Part shown: positions 48,369 to 61,139 of the stretch, in pieces | Numbering within the stretch: position 1 is the stretch's first letter | Layout of the letters: each line of letters starts with the position of its first letter | Origin: Lama glama | Taxonomy: Eukaryota | Reading direction: 5' to 3' | NCBI GenBank assembly: GCA_028534125.1 | Contig: CM052825.1 | Span: 8,680,001 to 8,744,000 of the forward strand | DNA: 64,000 nucleotides | Translations under genes and position numbers: made by a program | Notes under the pieces: model-generated | Databases searched by the model: none | Told to the model about the DNA's origin: nothing | The model's input: only the letters and a program-made list of their open reading frames with translations

Positions 48369-48866
48369 TGTTACCAAGCCCAATCTCATACTGCTTGTGG
48401 CACTGCAGACCAATAAATCAAGAGACAAGTTGTTGGGGCAAAGAATAGTGACTTTATTTGGAAAGCCAGCAGACCAAGAAGATGGTAGACTACTGTCCCT
48501 AAGAACCATCTTACCTGAGTTAGAATTCAGGCTCTTTTATACTAAAAGGGGAGGGGGTGTGGCTGGTTGTTGCAAACTTCGTGGTGTCAGGATCCTTTGT
48601 TCTTGCAGCTGTCCACGTAGGTCAGGTCAGGATACTCCAGCAAACCTCCAACAAGAGAAATACTATTCTCAGTTCCACAACTTTTTATCTCTATATGAAT
48701 GGAAAAGTGTTATACCTTTAAAGGTCAGTGACTTGAGAGTGGGCTGTCCTGTATGTTTCAGGCTATAGGCAACATTCTTAACTTGTAGCAAAAGCCATAG
48801 AATATCAAGGTTTAAAGCAAAAGGAACAGACCCAATATGGAGTCAGATTTGCTCTTCCTTACTACG
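48369..48866 (-). mobile_element. ERV1-class solo LTR
   Basis: tgttacc start; tttatt (minus AATAAA) near 48454, ttttata (minus TATAAAA) near 48536; ccaatatggagtcag near far end; TSD not evident. Confidence 0.8.
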
Positions 48867-48934
48867 CCCTGACTTTCTGAATTATGACCTGGGCACCTTC
48901 TGATGACTATGGTAGCAGAAGCTAAGTGGCACCT

Positions 48935-49305
48935 ATTACAGGCTGAATTGTGTCCCTTTAAAATTTAAATGTTGAAGCCCTAACCCTCAGGACCTCAGAC
49001 TATGACTGTATTTGGAGATAGGGTCTTTAAGGAGGAAATTCAGTGAANNNNNNNNNNNNNNNNNNNNNNNNNNNNNNNNNNNNNNNNNNNNNNNNNNNNN
49101 NNNNNNNNNNNNNNNNNNNNNNNNNNNNNNNNNNNNNNNNNNNNNNNNNNNNNNNNNNNNNNNNNNNNNNNNNNNNNNNNNNNNNNNNNNNNNNNNNNNN
49201 CACCCTTATCTCAGACTTCCAGTCTCTGGAACTGTGAGCAAATACATTTCTGTTGCTTGACACCCAGTCTGTGGGGCTTTGTTAAGGCAGCCCGAGCCAA
49301 CTTAT
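48935..49305 (+). mobile_element. MLT1A-like LTR, contains N-gap 49048-49200
   Basis: ggctgaattgtgtccc...tgttgaagccctaaccc...atttggagatagggtctttaagg; cagacttccagtctctggaactgtgag. Confidence 0.9.
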
Positions 49306-49750
49306 GTAGTAGCCCATTGGTACTCCCTGGACACTCAGCTGTTTCATGCATCTCCTGGACTTCTGACAGCCAGCACTGTCTCTTTGCCTGAAGGCTTTCT
49401 CTGGACAGGTCCAATAGCTCCTAAGTGCTGGAGAATTATTGCCCCAGACCCTCTAGCAGCCCTCAGCAGTGGTGGTGGGAATTAGAGAGAAACATGCCCC
49501 AGCTTCCTCATCCTTCAGATGGGAAAACTCTGAGATGCAGGTTCCACTCTGTGTCCCTGTGGTCCTACAGGATTCTGCGCAGTTGCCTGCACTACTAACC
49601 TGCTTGATAACCCACACTTTATCATCTGCCTTCCCTGTGCCATCTTGCTTCCCCACCTCCTACCAGTTTCCTAGGACCATGTTCCAAATAAGCTATTTGC
49701 ATTTCAATCCTTGTCTCAGGCTCTGCTTCTGGAGGACCCACACGAAGACA
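49305..49750 (+). mobile_element. LTR16-like ERVL solo LTR
   Basis: TG...CA; ccaaataagctatttgcatttcaatccttgtctcaggctctgcttctggaggaccca...aagaca end. Confidence 0.8.
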
Positions 49751-50534
49751 ACTGTTCTTCCTAGTTTCCTTCTGATTCCAAGCCCCCAAGATCAGCACCC
49801 TTTCCAGCTGGGCTCGAGCCCTGGGGTCTTCTCCCCTGTGTGACCCCGAGTCAGCACTCCCAGCAGCTCTTGGCAGCTAGTGCCATGGCCTCTGTCCAGA
49901 GGTTTTGGACCTCACCCAAGATGCTTGTATCCAAATCCTCCTTGAGTAAGCAAATATCTTCTCGTACAAGGTGGGCGGGGCTGAAACTTACTAGATGATG
50001 CTGATCAGAGCTGAAGGATATCGTCAATCTGCTTAGGGAAGCACTTCCTTTTGGTAAACCCTGAACTGCACCCAACACCACATAATAATCCTTCCTTAAG
50101 ATGCTGACCAGCTTCCTGTGGGTCTCTTTTTGCACTGTCTTTTCTCCCCTTTATCTTTTTTACATTGTTTCTCTGTGCTTCACATGTAGTCTCTCTTGTT
50201 TACTGTCCTGCTGGGCCACCTCTTATTCTCACACACGGGGGAAGTTCAAGAGAGGATGGAGACATCTTCCTCTGAATCACAACTGCAGCTGGGAGGCAGG
50301 TGGTGGCTTTCTTCCAAGGGTTTTTATTCCTAGTCTCATAAACTCCTTTACCATGGTGAGGGAGAGGCTATCAAAAGTCTGTTTATCTGCAGAGCTGACA
50401 GCCTAGGAGTTATTCTTATTTATAGGATCCTAAGAGTGTCCGTGATATTGGGGAAGAAATAAAATTGCAGCAAACCTGTGAACGCCTGAGCGTTGAGAAA
50501 TCTGTCTCTTGTAGGTTGGCCCGAGGGCAGCAGA

Positions 50535-50700
50535 AAGTCAGACAAGGCTGGATTCAAATGCCAGCTCTGCGGCTCTCAGCTTGTGTGATCTGGGATCAGA
50601 GACCTTTTAAGCCGCAGTTTCTTCATCTCTAGACAAGACCCCCATCAAAGGGCTGCTGGGAGGGTTACAGATGATGATGTATTGGAGGCACACAGCTGGT
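50535..50700 (+). mobile_element. MIR SINE
   Basis: ggattcaaatgccagctctgc...cagtttcttcatct. Confidence 0.7.
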
Positions 50701-51827
50701 ATCAGTGTGCCTCCAGCTCACAGATCTTCCTTCCATCCCTGATGCCTGCCGCCCCCTGCACAAGGCCCTTCTCCCTGCTCTGTGCTCTGCTTGGTCTGTG
50801 AGGCCCAGCTCTTGTTCCATTGTTGGAGTTGAGTCTGGGGGATTGAACTTTTCTTTTCCTGAGACCTTGACTTTGAATATGTGAAGACCTCACTGGTACT
50901 TTGCCTACCTCTTTGGAAGTAATTGGGAGATGATGCCAGGCCAGGGAAGAGAGGGGCTATTGAGAATGAGTTTGGCTGGGTTGGCGGCCTCGCCCTGGGT
51001 GGCCCGGCTTTAACAAGGACCCTGTGGCAGAGCCTGGCTCCCTGGGAGACCAGGCAAACCCTATCAGAGCTGTCCCTGTTAATCATCAGCAGTCATCCCT
51101 TCTGTCTGAAAGTGGACAAGGTCACTGACAATCTTTTTTATTTCCAGACTTGAGTGCTAGACTGAGACCGTCCCCAAAGGGGCAGGTGAGGAGGGGTCCT
51201 GGCTGCAAAAAGAGACCTGGGTCACCCCCACCGCCCATGTCCCTCTTCATATGAGTCTCTATGCACAGGTTTTATGAAAATATGACTATAGTGTGAGTCA
51301 GGACATCCTGTGTGCAAGCCTTTGCTGACTCCGGCAATAAAGAATTCGGGCCTTATTTATAGGGCAGCCTCCAGGATCTGACAGGAGGAATTGAGCTTGC
51401 TGCCAGGGTGCGAAATGAGATTTCCCAGCAAGACGTTCAGTGGGCCGAAGGGGCCTCCGGGGACCGGGGAGGAGACAGACAAGGTGAATCACACAGAATG
51501 ATCTGGGCGGTAGGTAGCCTGTGGTGGCTGGGCCTCCCTCCTCCAAGATGGGGAAGGCAGTAGAGCCTCCCTGGGTCCCTTAGCACCTTCCATCAGAGCC
51601 AGAGCAGAGGTGAACATTCTCAGATTTCCTACAGATCAGTGTAACCAAGCACATTCTCAATTATTCAGAAATTTTCTTCAGGGGACAGCTTAGCCTTGGG
51701 CACCTGGGCATCCCTTTCCTCTCCCTTTCTGCTTCTCTCCACCCCGCCTTTCTCCCCCTGCCCCGATCTCCCTCTGCCATTTCTTGTCTTCTCTTTTCAG
51801 ATGTTCTCTCCGATCCCCCAAGCCCCC

Positions 51828-52212
51828 ATGGTAGTTATCAGGGCTGTTCTCGAACATTCCGGCTCTCTCCTCTGGGCGTCTTGGCAGGCCTGCATTTCCC
51901 CTCCCAGGAGAAGTGAGGTCTGGCTGTGTAACTTATTCTGGTCAGTGACGTGAACATGTGCATATTGCTTTTGGGCAGAAGCTTCAAGAGGCAGTGCCTT
52001 GCTGCCTGTTCCTCTTTCCCTACCACAAGCGCCCAGGGATGTTTGAGATGCTGGCTGCCCCAGCAGCTGGGGCCTGGAGTGAGCATGACCCAGAGCAAAG
52101 CCTCCAGCTGACCCATGCTGGACACGCGGTGAGAAAGAGGAGAAACGTTTGCTGTTTCATGCCGCAGAGACTTCGAGGTTGTTTGTCACCGCAGTGTCAC
52201 CTGACTAATACG
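51828..52212 (+). mobile_element. Old MLT1 solo LTR
   Basis: gtgagaaagaggagaaacgtttgctgtttcatgccgcagagacttcgaggttgtttgtcaccgcag...ctgactaatac. Confidence 0.8.
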
Positions 52213-53212
52213 CTCTTCATGCCAGAACCTTGGGAATGACTTGTTCTGCAAAGAGATGTATGTGCCCACACTCTCCTTTCTGTACAGGGCTCACCCAGGT
52301 CCTTTCAATAATCACAAAGTGTGATTCTAGGGGCGCCAAAGGAGACGGACCAACAAGACATTGGCCTGCGAGAGATGGAGACGGAGGTGGGTTCTTTGAG
52401 CTGCCAACCTTAATGAAAAAGCTGCCAGCTGTGCCTGGCTGGACCCCTAGCTGCTTGGAGTTCCCGTCATCACGACGGTCCAGGGAGAAGTTGACTTCCC
52501 GAAGTGAAAGACTTTTTCTCATTCTCTGGGGATAGATGAGCCTGACCCTTCACGCCAGGCCACTCCCATCTGGGACTTCTACAGCCCTCCCTGCAGCTGC
52601 AGGCTGGCTTGCTTTCGTGCTGTTTCCTTGCCAACTGGGGCTTTGAAGTAGCAATTCTTTTTCTGGTGCTGATGAATATGTTTCTAGCCCAAAATTTCAT
52701 TTTTTGCCTTTTCGTTTTGCTGCCTTGATGGGCTAGCACATCAGGATTTGAAGCTTGATTAAGCTCCTCCCCGAAGACTGACCTTTTCTTCCTGGAGATG
52801 GTGTTTTAGAGTGTGTGACTGGCATCTCTGAAGGACAGGGTCTGGGAAGAGGTGTTGATGAAACCCTTTGAGCCCAGGCGCCTCTGTCATCCCTCACTCC
52901 CCAGTGCAGGTGCCCAGCCAGAGGGTGGGGGGTGGGAGCTGCATCTGTCCCAAGCAGTGCCTTTTTCTGATTTGCACAAAGGCACCCTCTGGGCCAGCTG
53001 TGGTCCTGCCCTTGTCACCGTCATGCTTTCTGCTGCCCTTTGAGCCCACCTGGAATTGTCTGGTCAGTCCTGGGGACCCTGATGGGCTGCAGTGGAGGGG
53101 ACTGCCCTCCTCTCTTCCAGAGCAGGCAGGAGGGGAGCATGAAACCAGGCAGCGACTGGTAAGTTGACCAGGGCCAAGAGCATGACTGGGGAATCAGGCA
53201 GCAAATGTGGCC

Positions 53213-53216
<4 letters not shown>

Positions 53217-53250
<34 letters not shown>
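53217..53250. repeat. Perfect (TG)n microsatellite
   Basis: Directly visible. Confidence 0.97.
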
Positions 53251-53254
<4 letters not shown>

Positions 53255-53839
53255 AATGCGTGAGAGCATTACTGGTCACTGTGGTATGGAAAGAAAAACA
53301 AGCAGCAAGGCGCTGGCTCTTGACCTCCAGGACTGCAAGATAATAATACGTTTTTGTTGTTTTAAGCCCCTAAGTTAGTGATTATTTGTTACAGCAGTGA
53401 TAGGCAGGTAGTAACAGTGGGTCAGCCGGATTTGTCTCCTTGACCAGTTGCTGAGAGATGCCTGGAGCAGCTGAGGTGGGGCTGGAGAGGTCAGGATTGG
53501 GAGAGCACAGTGTGATCAGAGCCAGCTTGGGATGGGAGATCTGCTGGGGCACCGTGAGGACTTGGGACTGGCTAAGCTGATGTTCAAGTGGAGAGCAGGA
53601 TGGGATAAGATGGGAGAAGTCAGTTGTGGGTAGAAAGGCCTGAGACCCTGGATAAGGGGCCTGGGCTGAACCTGAGGTGTCACCAGGATTGCTTCATGGA
53701 GAAGGGATATAATGAGGACGTGTTTCCAGAAAGGACAGCAAGAGAGGGAAAGGGATGCAGAGCGCGAGGCCATCCTAAGACAGCTGGGAAGAAGGCTGAA
53801 AACTTGCAGGGGAGCAGAATGCTCCGAATCCCACCTCCA

Positions 53840-54020
53840 GGCAGGTGCGTTCAAATCCAAGTCTCACCACTTACTGCTGTGTGACCTCGGGCAAGGTTCT
53901 TAATGTCTCTGAGCTTCAAATTCCTCAGGCTGTGAAAAGGAAGACGATAGCAATTGCTCAGCAAGGTTATCTTGGAGACAAAATGGAAGACAAAAATGAG
54001 GCGTCTGGCACATCATGCTC
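53840..54020 (+). mobile_element. MIR SINE
   Basis: gttcaaatcc...accacttactgctgtgtgacctcgggcaagg..cttaatgtctctgagcttc. Confidence 0.85.
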
Positions 54021-55001
54021 TTCCATACGACAAAAATGGATCTTGCCTTCTGAGACGGCGGGCTTCCTCCACAGGCTGCAGGTGGTGGTTTGTAGGACAG
54101 CCACTCCGGGGTGGTCCCTTTCTGCGGCCATTGCTCGGGACACGTCTGCGTTTCTTGAGATCAAATAGTCCTTCAGACTGCTAAAGTGCGTTTGATAGAT
54201 TGCCAGCCCAAAAGGTTTCTGTTCATAGGATGAGTAATAGTTCTGTTCCCAGAGAATGGTTTTCAAGGGAGGCCACTGTATCTGCTGTTGCATATTAAGA
54301 AGCAAGATTCCCTGTCATAAAAATAGTTATGACTTGCTTAGTACCTGCCGAGTGACAGGCACCGTGTCAAGTACTTTCCTCATATCCTCTCCAGTCCTTA
54401 TGACAGTTTACAAGGAAGGTATTTGTGGCTTTATTTTATAGACGAAGAATGAGGCTTGGTGATGTGAAGTCCAAGGACACTGAGCAATGAGTGGCTGAAC
54501 TGCTTTTTCTCTCCCGTGTCTTCCATCCTCACCTCTTTAAAAGAATTTTTTTTTTGGCATTAAAACCCCATTGTTTAATATGGTTCAACTTCTTGTTCTT
54601 TTAACAATAGCTACTGGTGAGCATTTTTGTTTGGAAGGAAGGAAACATTTTCTGCAACATTGTCTTTAGAGGAAAAACAATTCTTAAGATTTTTAAACTA
54701 CTTTCATATATTGCTGGTTCTCAATATTATTTCCCAGATTTCCCGTGAAGGGTCAGGGCAGCTCAGAAAAGGAAAAGAGGCCACTCCATGTTTCCTGTTG
54801 AGTGTGTGACAGACTAGCTATCGGGGGCTTTGTAATAATTTTCTCGGCAGTTTTGGATTCCCATTCATGTCTCTGATTTGGGAAAAGTTGAATCCACTTA
54901 AGGATGGAAATTTGATGCCCTAATTCTTGAATCTGCATTTTGAAATGCATTGCTCTGTATTTCTTAGCTCATCTTTGTTACCATGAAGAGCTAGATTGTA
55001 G

Positions 55002-55222
55002 TAGTTGACCCTTGAACAATGTGGGGGTAGGGGCGCCAACCCTCTGTACAGCGCAAAATCCACTTATTTCTTCACTGCTGGCCCTCCATATCTGCAGTTC
55101 CACAGCCCCAGAGTCAACCAACTGTGGGATGTGTAGTCTTGTGGTATGTATTTGGAAAAAAAAGATCCATGTATAAGTGGACTCACACTATTCAAACTTG
55201 TTTTGTTCAAGGGTCCACAGTT
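55002..55222. mobile_element. MER8/Tigger2-family MITE
   Basis: TIRs (c/t)agttgacccttgaacaa ... ttgttcaagggtcca; ggggtaggggcgcc.accc and tataagtggac internal motifs. Confidence 0.85.
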
Positions 55223-56234
55223 AGTAATCACAGCTTGGAGTTTTAGTGCATTCACTATTTAAAAATATGCTATATGGTATTTATTATTTTTCTTACCTCC
55301 CAGGATCCCCATCTAAGGTCTGAAAGCTCCTTTGGCCTATGTTTGTTTCATTGTATTGTGCCGTGTATTGTCAATTTTATTTCCAATTTTTAAACTTGTG
55401 GTACAAATACACAAACATGAAATTGATCATCACCGTTTGAGAGTGCATGGTTCAGTGACATTAAATATATTCACAATGTGCTACTGTCACTACCTTCCAT
55501 CTTCAGAACTCCCAAGGGCACCTCTTAACCACACCTTCTCCGTTAGCGTTTAAACGTGGCCTCCTCCTACCTGTGCCTCCAGGCACAGCTCAGGACCCTT
55601 CTCTCTGAGGGGAGCTCTTGGATGACCACGTCCACCCATAGGAATTTCTTTCTTCTCTGGATTCCCACAGCCTCATGCTTGAGACCAGTTTATCCCTATT
55701 CTTGGTACCCATCCCGGAGCATCCCCTTCCTTCACATGGTGCACTCCCTGGGCAGGGTCCTATGTTCCAGTGTTCCCAGCTGCATCATCAAAATGCTAAT
55801 GGTGCCCAGATCTAATCTCCAGGACAGGTTGCTCCTCAGCGTTCCAGGCCCCGCTATCCGCCATCTCCTAGACTTTGGCTCCTCCTCTCCTCCACTGCAG
55901 ATCCCACTGGAATCAGTCTCATCACAACTGAATTCACTTCCTGCTTCTTCCAACCAGCTTCTCTTCTTGCCATTTCAGTGTATTCTTCGTCCTTCTGTCT
56001 CCCAACATCTGATGGGGGATGGCCAACAGCACCTGGGCTCCAGACTGACTCTCTTTTCCCCTGGTACTGCCCAGGTGCCATATGCATTTCTTGGTGTCAT
56101 GAGAATTTAAGTAAAATGCTGTCACCTCCAGGGTAGATCAGGCTCACCATCCCTGCATAGCCCCCGGTAACCAGGCCTGTGCTGGACTGGGCCAGCTGTG
56201 GCTTTAGCCATGGCTCCAACTCCCTTTCAACACT

Positions 56235-56625
56235 CCCAGCCTGTCTCATGCTGCAGAAGCAGATGCTGAGATGGAATTTGGGGTGCAAGATGTTCATTAG
56301 GGTACATACCTATGGAAAGAAGGGGAAAGGCAGCTTTGGGCAGAGGAAGAAGTTGAATGGCAATGGAAGCCTGACAAAGCCTCAGACACACCAGTGGGGG
56401 CTCTGGGAAAAGCATCGCCCCTTGGAGGTGTCCCCTGTTGGAACCAAATGTCTGGGCCTTTATGTCTCCGCCTCACTTAATCACTTTGTGGGATATGACC
56501 TTGGTTCTCAGAAGATCCTGAAGGGCTGGACAGCTGAAGGCTGCCAACTGACCACACGCCCCTCAGCTGAGCAGCAAGGGCTCCCTGGAAGTAGAACCTG
56601 GATGGTGCTCTCTCCTCTCACAATC
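56235..56625 (-). mobile_element. LTR16-like ERVL LTR
   Basis: gaagcagatgctgagatggaatttggggtgcaagatgttcatt is the antisense LTR16-type 3' end. Confidence 0.7.
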
Positions 56626-57419
56626 CCCTCCACCCAGCTGCTGCTAGGCAGCCGCTCTCTCCAACCACCTCTATTGTGGAAGGCGAGTTTGTTTAAGTAT
56701 CGGCATGTTAATGGCTGTGAAGTGGTTTGCTCGGTTGGATATGAAAGCGCCTTACTCAGTTTGTATTAGCGCTCTTAACCTCTGCTGAAGATTTCCTCTT
56801 GGATTGCAGATCACGAGAGTGGAGTTTCATGGCCCTGGCACAAGGGAAACGATTTCTCTCCATTTAAAGGCAGCGATGATGCTTTACGAGGGTGCCCTTC
56901 ACTTGCTACGATATTAAAATGATCATAAATCAAAGTCCAGCACTGTGGATGAGCCGCAGCTTCACCAGCATTTAGACAACTCCTTGTAGATCTCCTGCCG
57001 AATCGCCCTTGGTCCTTCCTCCGTTTGTACTCAGGCGTCCTCACAGAATTCAGAATGTGACAGAGAGGCTGGGAGATGCAGGCGGGAGAAGGAAGGCCTG
57101 CGATTTTAGTTTACCTGGTCCAGGTGGAGCCTATAGCAGGTGCAACAGACAGGAGGGGCTGGATGGCTGGATGCATGACTCTAACAGGTGGGGAGGCATG
57201 GGACTTGCAGATTCACGTCCTGTCTTAGCATTGCTCTTCTCAGACCGGGTATTCAGGGAGTCTGGGAATGTTGTATACCTTCAAGAATAGAAATCCCAAC
57301 AGAGAAATCAATGCTCTTGTTCTGGGACCAAGAGCCGGAGAGGGGATGGAGACACTTTGCGAACAGTTGTTTGCATTTGTGACCTGGAATAGAACAGCCA
57401 CTCAGAGACAGCACAGCCA

Positions 57420-57760
57420 GCATATCGGTCAGCTCAGCTGCCGTAACAAAATGCCTCAGACCTGGCAGCTTAAATGACTGACGTTTGTATTCTCCCAGTT
57501 CTGGATGCTGGAATTCTGAGATCACGTTTCCACAGAGTTGGTTTTTCTGATCTTCTTGGTTTGCAGATGGCCATCTTCTCCGTGTCCCCACAGGGTCTTC
57601 CTTATGTATGTGTCTGTGTTCAGATTTCCTCTTTTTATAAGGACAACAGTCATACTGGGTTAGGGCCCACCCTAATGACCTCATTTTAACTTAATTCCCT
57701 CTGTAAAGACCCTGTCTCCAAATCCGCTCATATGCTGGGCTACTGGGGGTCAGCACTAGT
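57420..57760 (-). mobile_element. MLT1A/B-like LTR
   Basis: gctgccgtaacaaaatgcc...ttttataaggacaacagtcatactgggttagggcccaccctaatgacctcattttaac. Confidence 0.9.
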
Positions 57761-60024
57761 CAGCTTATCACAGTCAGGTTGGAAAAGAGGACACAAGAGG
57801 GAGTCACAGAGACCCTGACAGTTTCATGAAAGCTCTACTTCTTGTCCTGGCAGAGTGTGGACCAAGATCTGATATCACACCTGGTGGCTCCGGGACCCCG
57901 GTCTTCCTGGTGCAAACTGTGGAGGGCAGAAGCCTCCATGGGGACTCAGCTTATTCCTAACTGGCCTCGTTTCAACTAGTGGAGCAGCTGGTATGGCTGA
58001 GGCTGGATCCGCACAGGCTCACGAGGGGTCCTTGATGGCAGGCCCTGTGCCGGGGCAGGCTTCAGGGGGATGAGCCAGTCTTCCTGGGGCCTATCAGCTG
58101 GCATGGGTGGGAGCAACCATCCAAGCAAGAGACCAAGTGAAGGCTCTCGTGTGTGATGCTGTCAGTGTGAGGTCTCAGAGGAAGGAGAGGGCAGTGGGGC
58201 AGAAGTTCCTGGGAGGAGGACTTGGCTTTGGCAGTGAGAGGGTTGTAGAAGTTGAGGAGAGAGCGTTCTTGGGGGACCATGTGAGCAGAGGCATGAACAT
58301 CGTGTAAATGGACATGATCCCTTCCAGCTGTCACCCTGTCTCCCCTTCCACTCTCATAAAATCTGGAAAGCACTGTCTGTACTTCCCCTCCCTAGCTCAT
58401 CTCCCACACACAGCTTAACCCACCACAGTCTGGCTTCTTTTTGTGTTGTTCCATTGAAAGCAGCTTCATTGGGTTCTCCAAGTCTACTTCTTTGTCCTTA
58501 TAAGGTTTCTTGGGGCCATTTGATCCCACTGGCCATTCTGTTATTGAGACTCTGACATGGACCCTGAGTTAGTGTTCAGGCAAGATGTAAATGGAGCACT
58601 CTGTGTAGACCCTGAGGGTGGAGAGAAGCAAGTGTTCCTCTGGCCCCGTGAGGACTCCAGAGGGTGGGGCAGGTAATGGGGAGATTTGCATGTGGGCGAT
58701 GGTCGAGGGTGACACAGACATGAAGACACGAACGGTGGGGTCAACTGGCCATAAACTGCAGAAAGGCTCCCTGGTGCCTCTGTATCCTTGCCACCCAGCT
58801 GGAGGCACCGGGCATGTTCTGAGTGGTTGGTGGACTCCATCTGGGATCTGCAGATAAACTTGGTGAGAAGTGGTTATGGGGCGAGGATAGTTAAGTCTGA
58901 GAGTTGCCAACCGGTGGTGGAAATAGCAGGGGGCTGCAATAAGCCAGAGCAGCGCAATAATTACGAGGTGCTGTTGGCACCTGCATTCTAGAAATGAGAA
59001 ACGGTGATGGTAGAGTAGGCGTCTAAAGCCAGTTTTGCTGAATTCTGTCACCCATGTTCTTCCCGATCCGTCATCCAGCCTCCCCGGGGACCGTGTGTTC
59101 AACAGTGGTGCCACTTGGTGGTTGCTGCTCCTGCAGCAGCCCTCCCGCTGTATGGCAGCTATGTGGTTCTCTGGCTCTGTCCCCCACTGCCAGGTGCATC
59201 CCTCTAGAACAGGACTGAGATTCCCAGTGGGACGCGTAGCCTGACACAGGGCCTGTGTGGGGGAGGTGCTGGGTAAGTGTTTGTGGAAGAACAGAAGAGA
59301 ACAAGGAATGGCTGGAAGAAGCCGTGCCAGCTGGAGACTGGAGATGTTTGGCAGTGATCAGAGGAGGAGGGCAGGAATGCTGCCTGGGGCGTTCCCGCTC
59401 CAAGTCATTTCTCCCTCACCTTCCGCAGCTCCTTTGAAGCCCAGCCAGCCCTCTCCTACTGCATGCGGCCGTCCCATCCGGAAGGTTTATTGCTTGCAGA
59501 GCTGTGTGTAGATCTGAGCAGGAGCTGATTCAGTACAAATGTCTCTGCCGCCGGACATCCACAGCCAGCTGCCCACGGACGCCAGCAGATGTTTCTGTTT
59601 TCCGTGCCAGTGGGAGCTCTGTGTGCTTTTCCTCCGTGCATGTCTGCAGCAGCGAGAGAAATGATGAAAGCCGGGGCGAAAGGGCCGGGAGGAAGTTGTG
59701 TGATCAAAACCCATGGCTTCAGTCAGCGCTCTCAGGAGTGAGAGGGAGCAGAGCAGCGGGGATTTAGTCCAAGAACGCCAGCTGGAGAGCTTTTACAAGC
59801 CGCCTTGGCCAAGTGGGCTTGGAAGGGCCCCTTGGTGAGTCCACAGGGTGATTCATTGTCTAGTCAGGATCTCATAGTGGTGAGGGTCCTAGAGGTCATC
59901 TTAATAGAACATTGTCACATTGTAGGTGGAAAACTGAGATCTAGGAAGGAGGAAGAAGTGATTTAAGTAGGATTGATTATCATCTGTGAGAATTAGAAAA
60001 ATGCAGAAAAGGGTACCCCTGCGG

Positions 60025-60150
60025 GCAGGCACAGCCCCGAGCCAGGGAGCAGGGCTTGGTAAGCAGAATGCAAGCTGCCTCTCAGCCCTTCCTTGCCCAC
60101 GGGGACAGGTGGCTTTGTGCAGTAAACAACCCGCACAACTCCACATAGCG
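60025..60150 (-). mobile_element. MER91-like hAT-Tip100 fragment (similar copy at about 42895-43015)
   Basis: Minus strand gttgtgcgggttgtttactgcacaaag resembles gttgtgtggtttgtacactgaacaaagg at 42912. Confidence 0.45.
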
Positions 60151-60344
60151 ACTTGACCTCGAGGTCACTCAGCCACCTAATGATGCAGATAAGATCAGAG
60201 GCCACTGCTTTGCTGCCTACTGCCCTGTGGAGTCAAGATGGAAAGGTGACCTTTGCATATACTGTTTCTGTGCGTTTGTGGGTCTGGGTTCAACTAAGCA
60301 AGGAGCTGCCTTGGGACTAGTCTGTGGCTTTAAAAGCTGACTGG

Positions 60345-60560
60345 TTTCTGGAACCAGACTACCTGGTTCTTACCACGTGTCACCTGTGTGGATTTGGCAA
60401 GGTGCTTAGCCTCTCTGTGTCCCCGTCTTCTCATCTGTAAAATAGTTAAGAATAGTCTCTACCTTGTGGTTTGCTTGTGAAGATGCCGTGAGTTAGTATG
60501 TGTAGAATGTATAGAAAAGCTCCTGGTACGTAGTGAGCCCTGCCTAAATGCTGTGGCGAT
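60345..60560 (+). mobile_element. MIR SINE
   Basis: ttggcaaggtgcttagcctctctgtgtccccgtcttctcatctgtaaaat...ctggtacgtagtgagccct. Confidence 0.85.
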
Positions 60561-61139
60561 TGTTCTGCTCCTGGGGATAATAAGGGCACATCTGACAGCC
60601 CTCCTGACACCCGCATCTCTGAAGTCTCTGAATCTTCATAACAACTTCATGGGAGAGATACTGACCTCCATCTTTCATTTGGTGGAACTGAAGCTCATAG
60701 AGGCTCATGGATTCCCCACCCTAGAAGGGGAGCTGAGCTGGCACCCAGACCCTGCCCCACCATTTCCCCATCAATTCAAGTACTTATAGGGATACTTGTG
60801 CCTCTCAAAAGACTGGTAGCATCTTTTGTAGGTACCAAAGTTTTTAGGTGTTGCAAATCCTCCCGAGTGACACTTTGAACAAATGCCAAAGTTTTCAACA
60901 CGTAGAAGAGAAGGCAAGGGAGGCAGAAGCCACTTTCTCAACTGTAAACCCTATTAGGGGCACAAGACTCACGCAATGGTGGGGCTTTGTCTTCAGGGCC
61001 CTCTTGTTCCCTCCTGGGTGCCTCTCCCCACTGCTCGGGTCCCGGTCCTGCCCCTGCCCTCTGACCCAGCAAGACCTCCCCACTCTCCATAGATCCCCGT
61101 CTGTAACTTGTGTTTCATCCTCTTGATGGGGACTTCCAC

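Noticed and set aside
48369-48866. Possible 3' LTR of the ERV at 43590
   Set aside because: Opposite orientation, different length and no evident similarity to 43590-43909; it is an independent solo LTR
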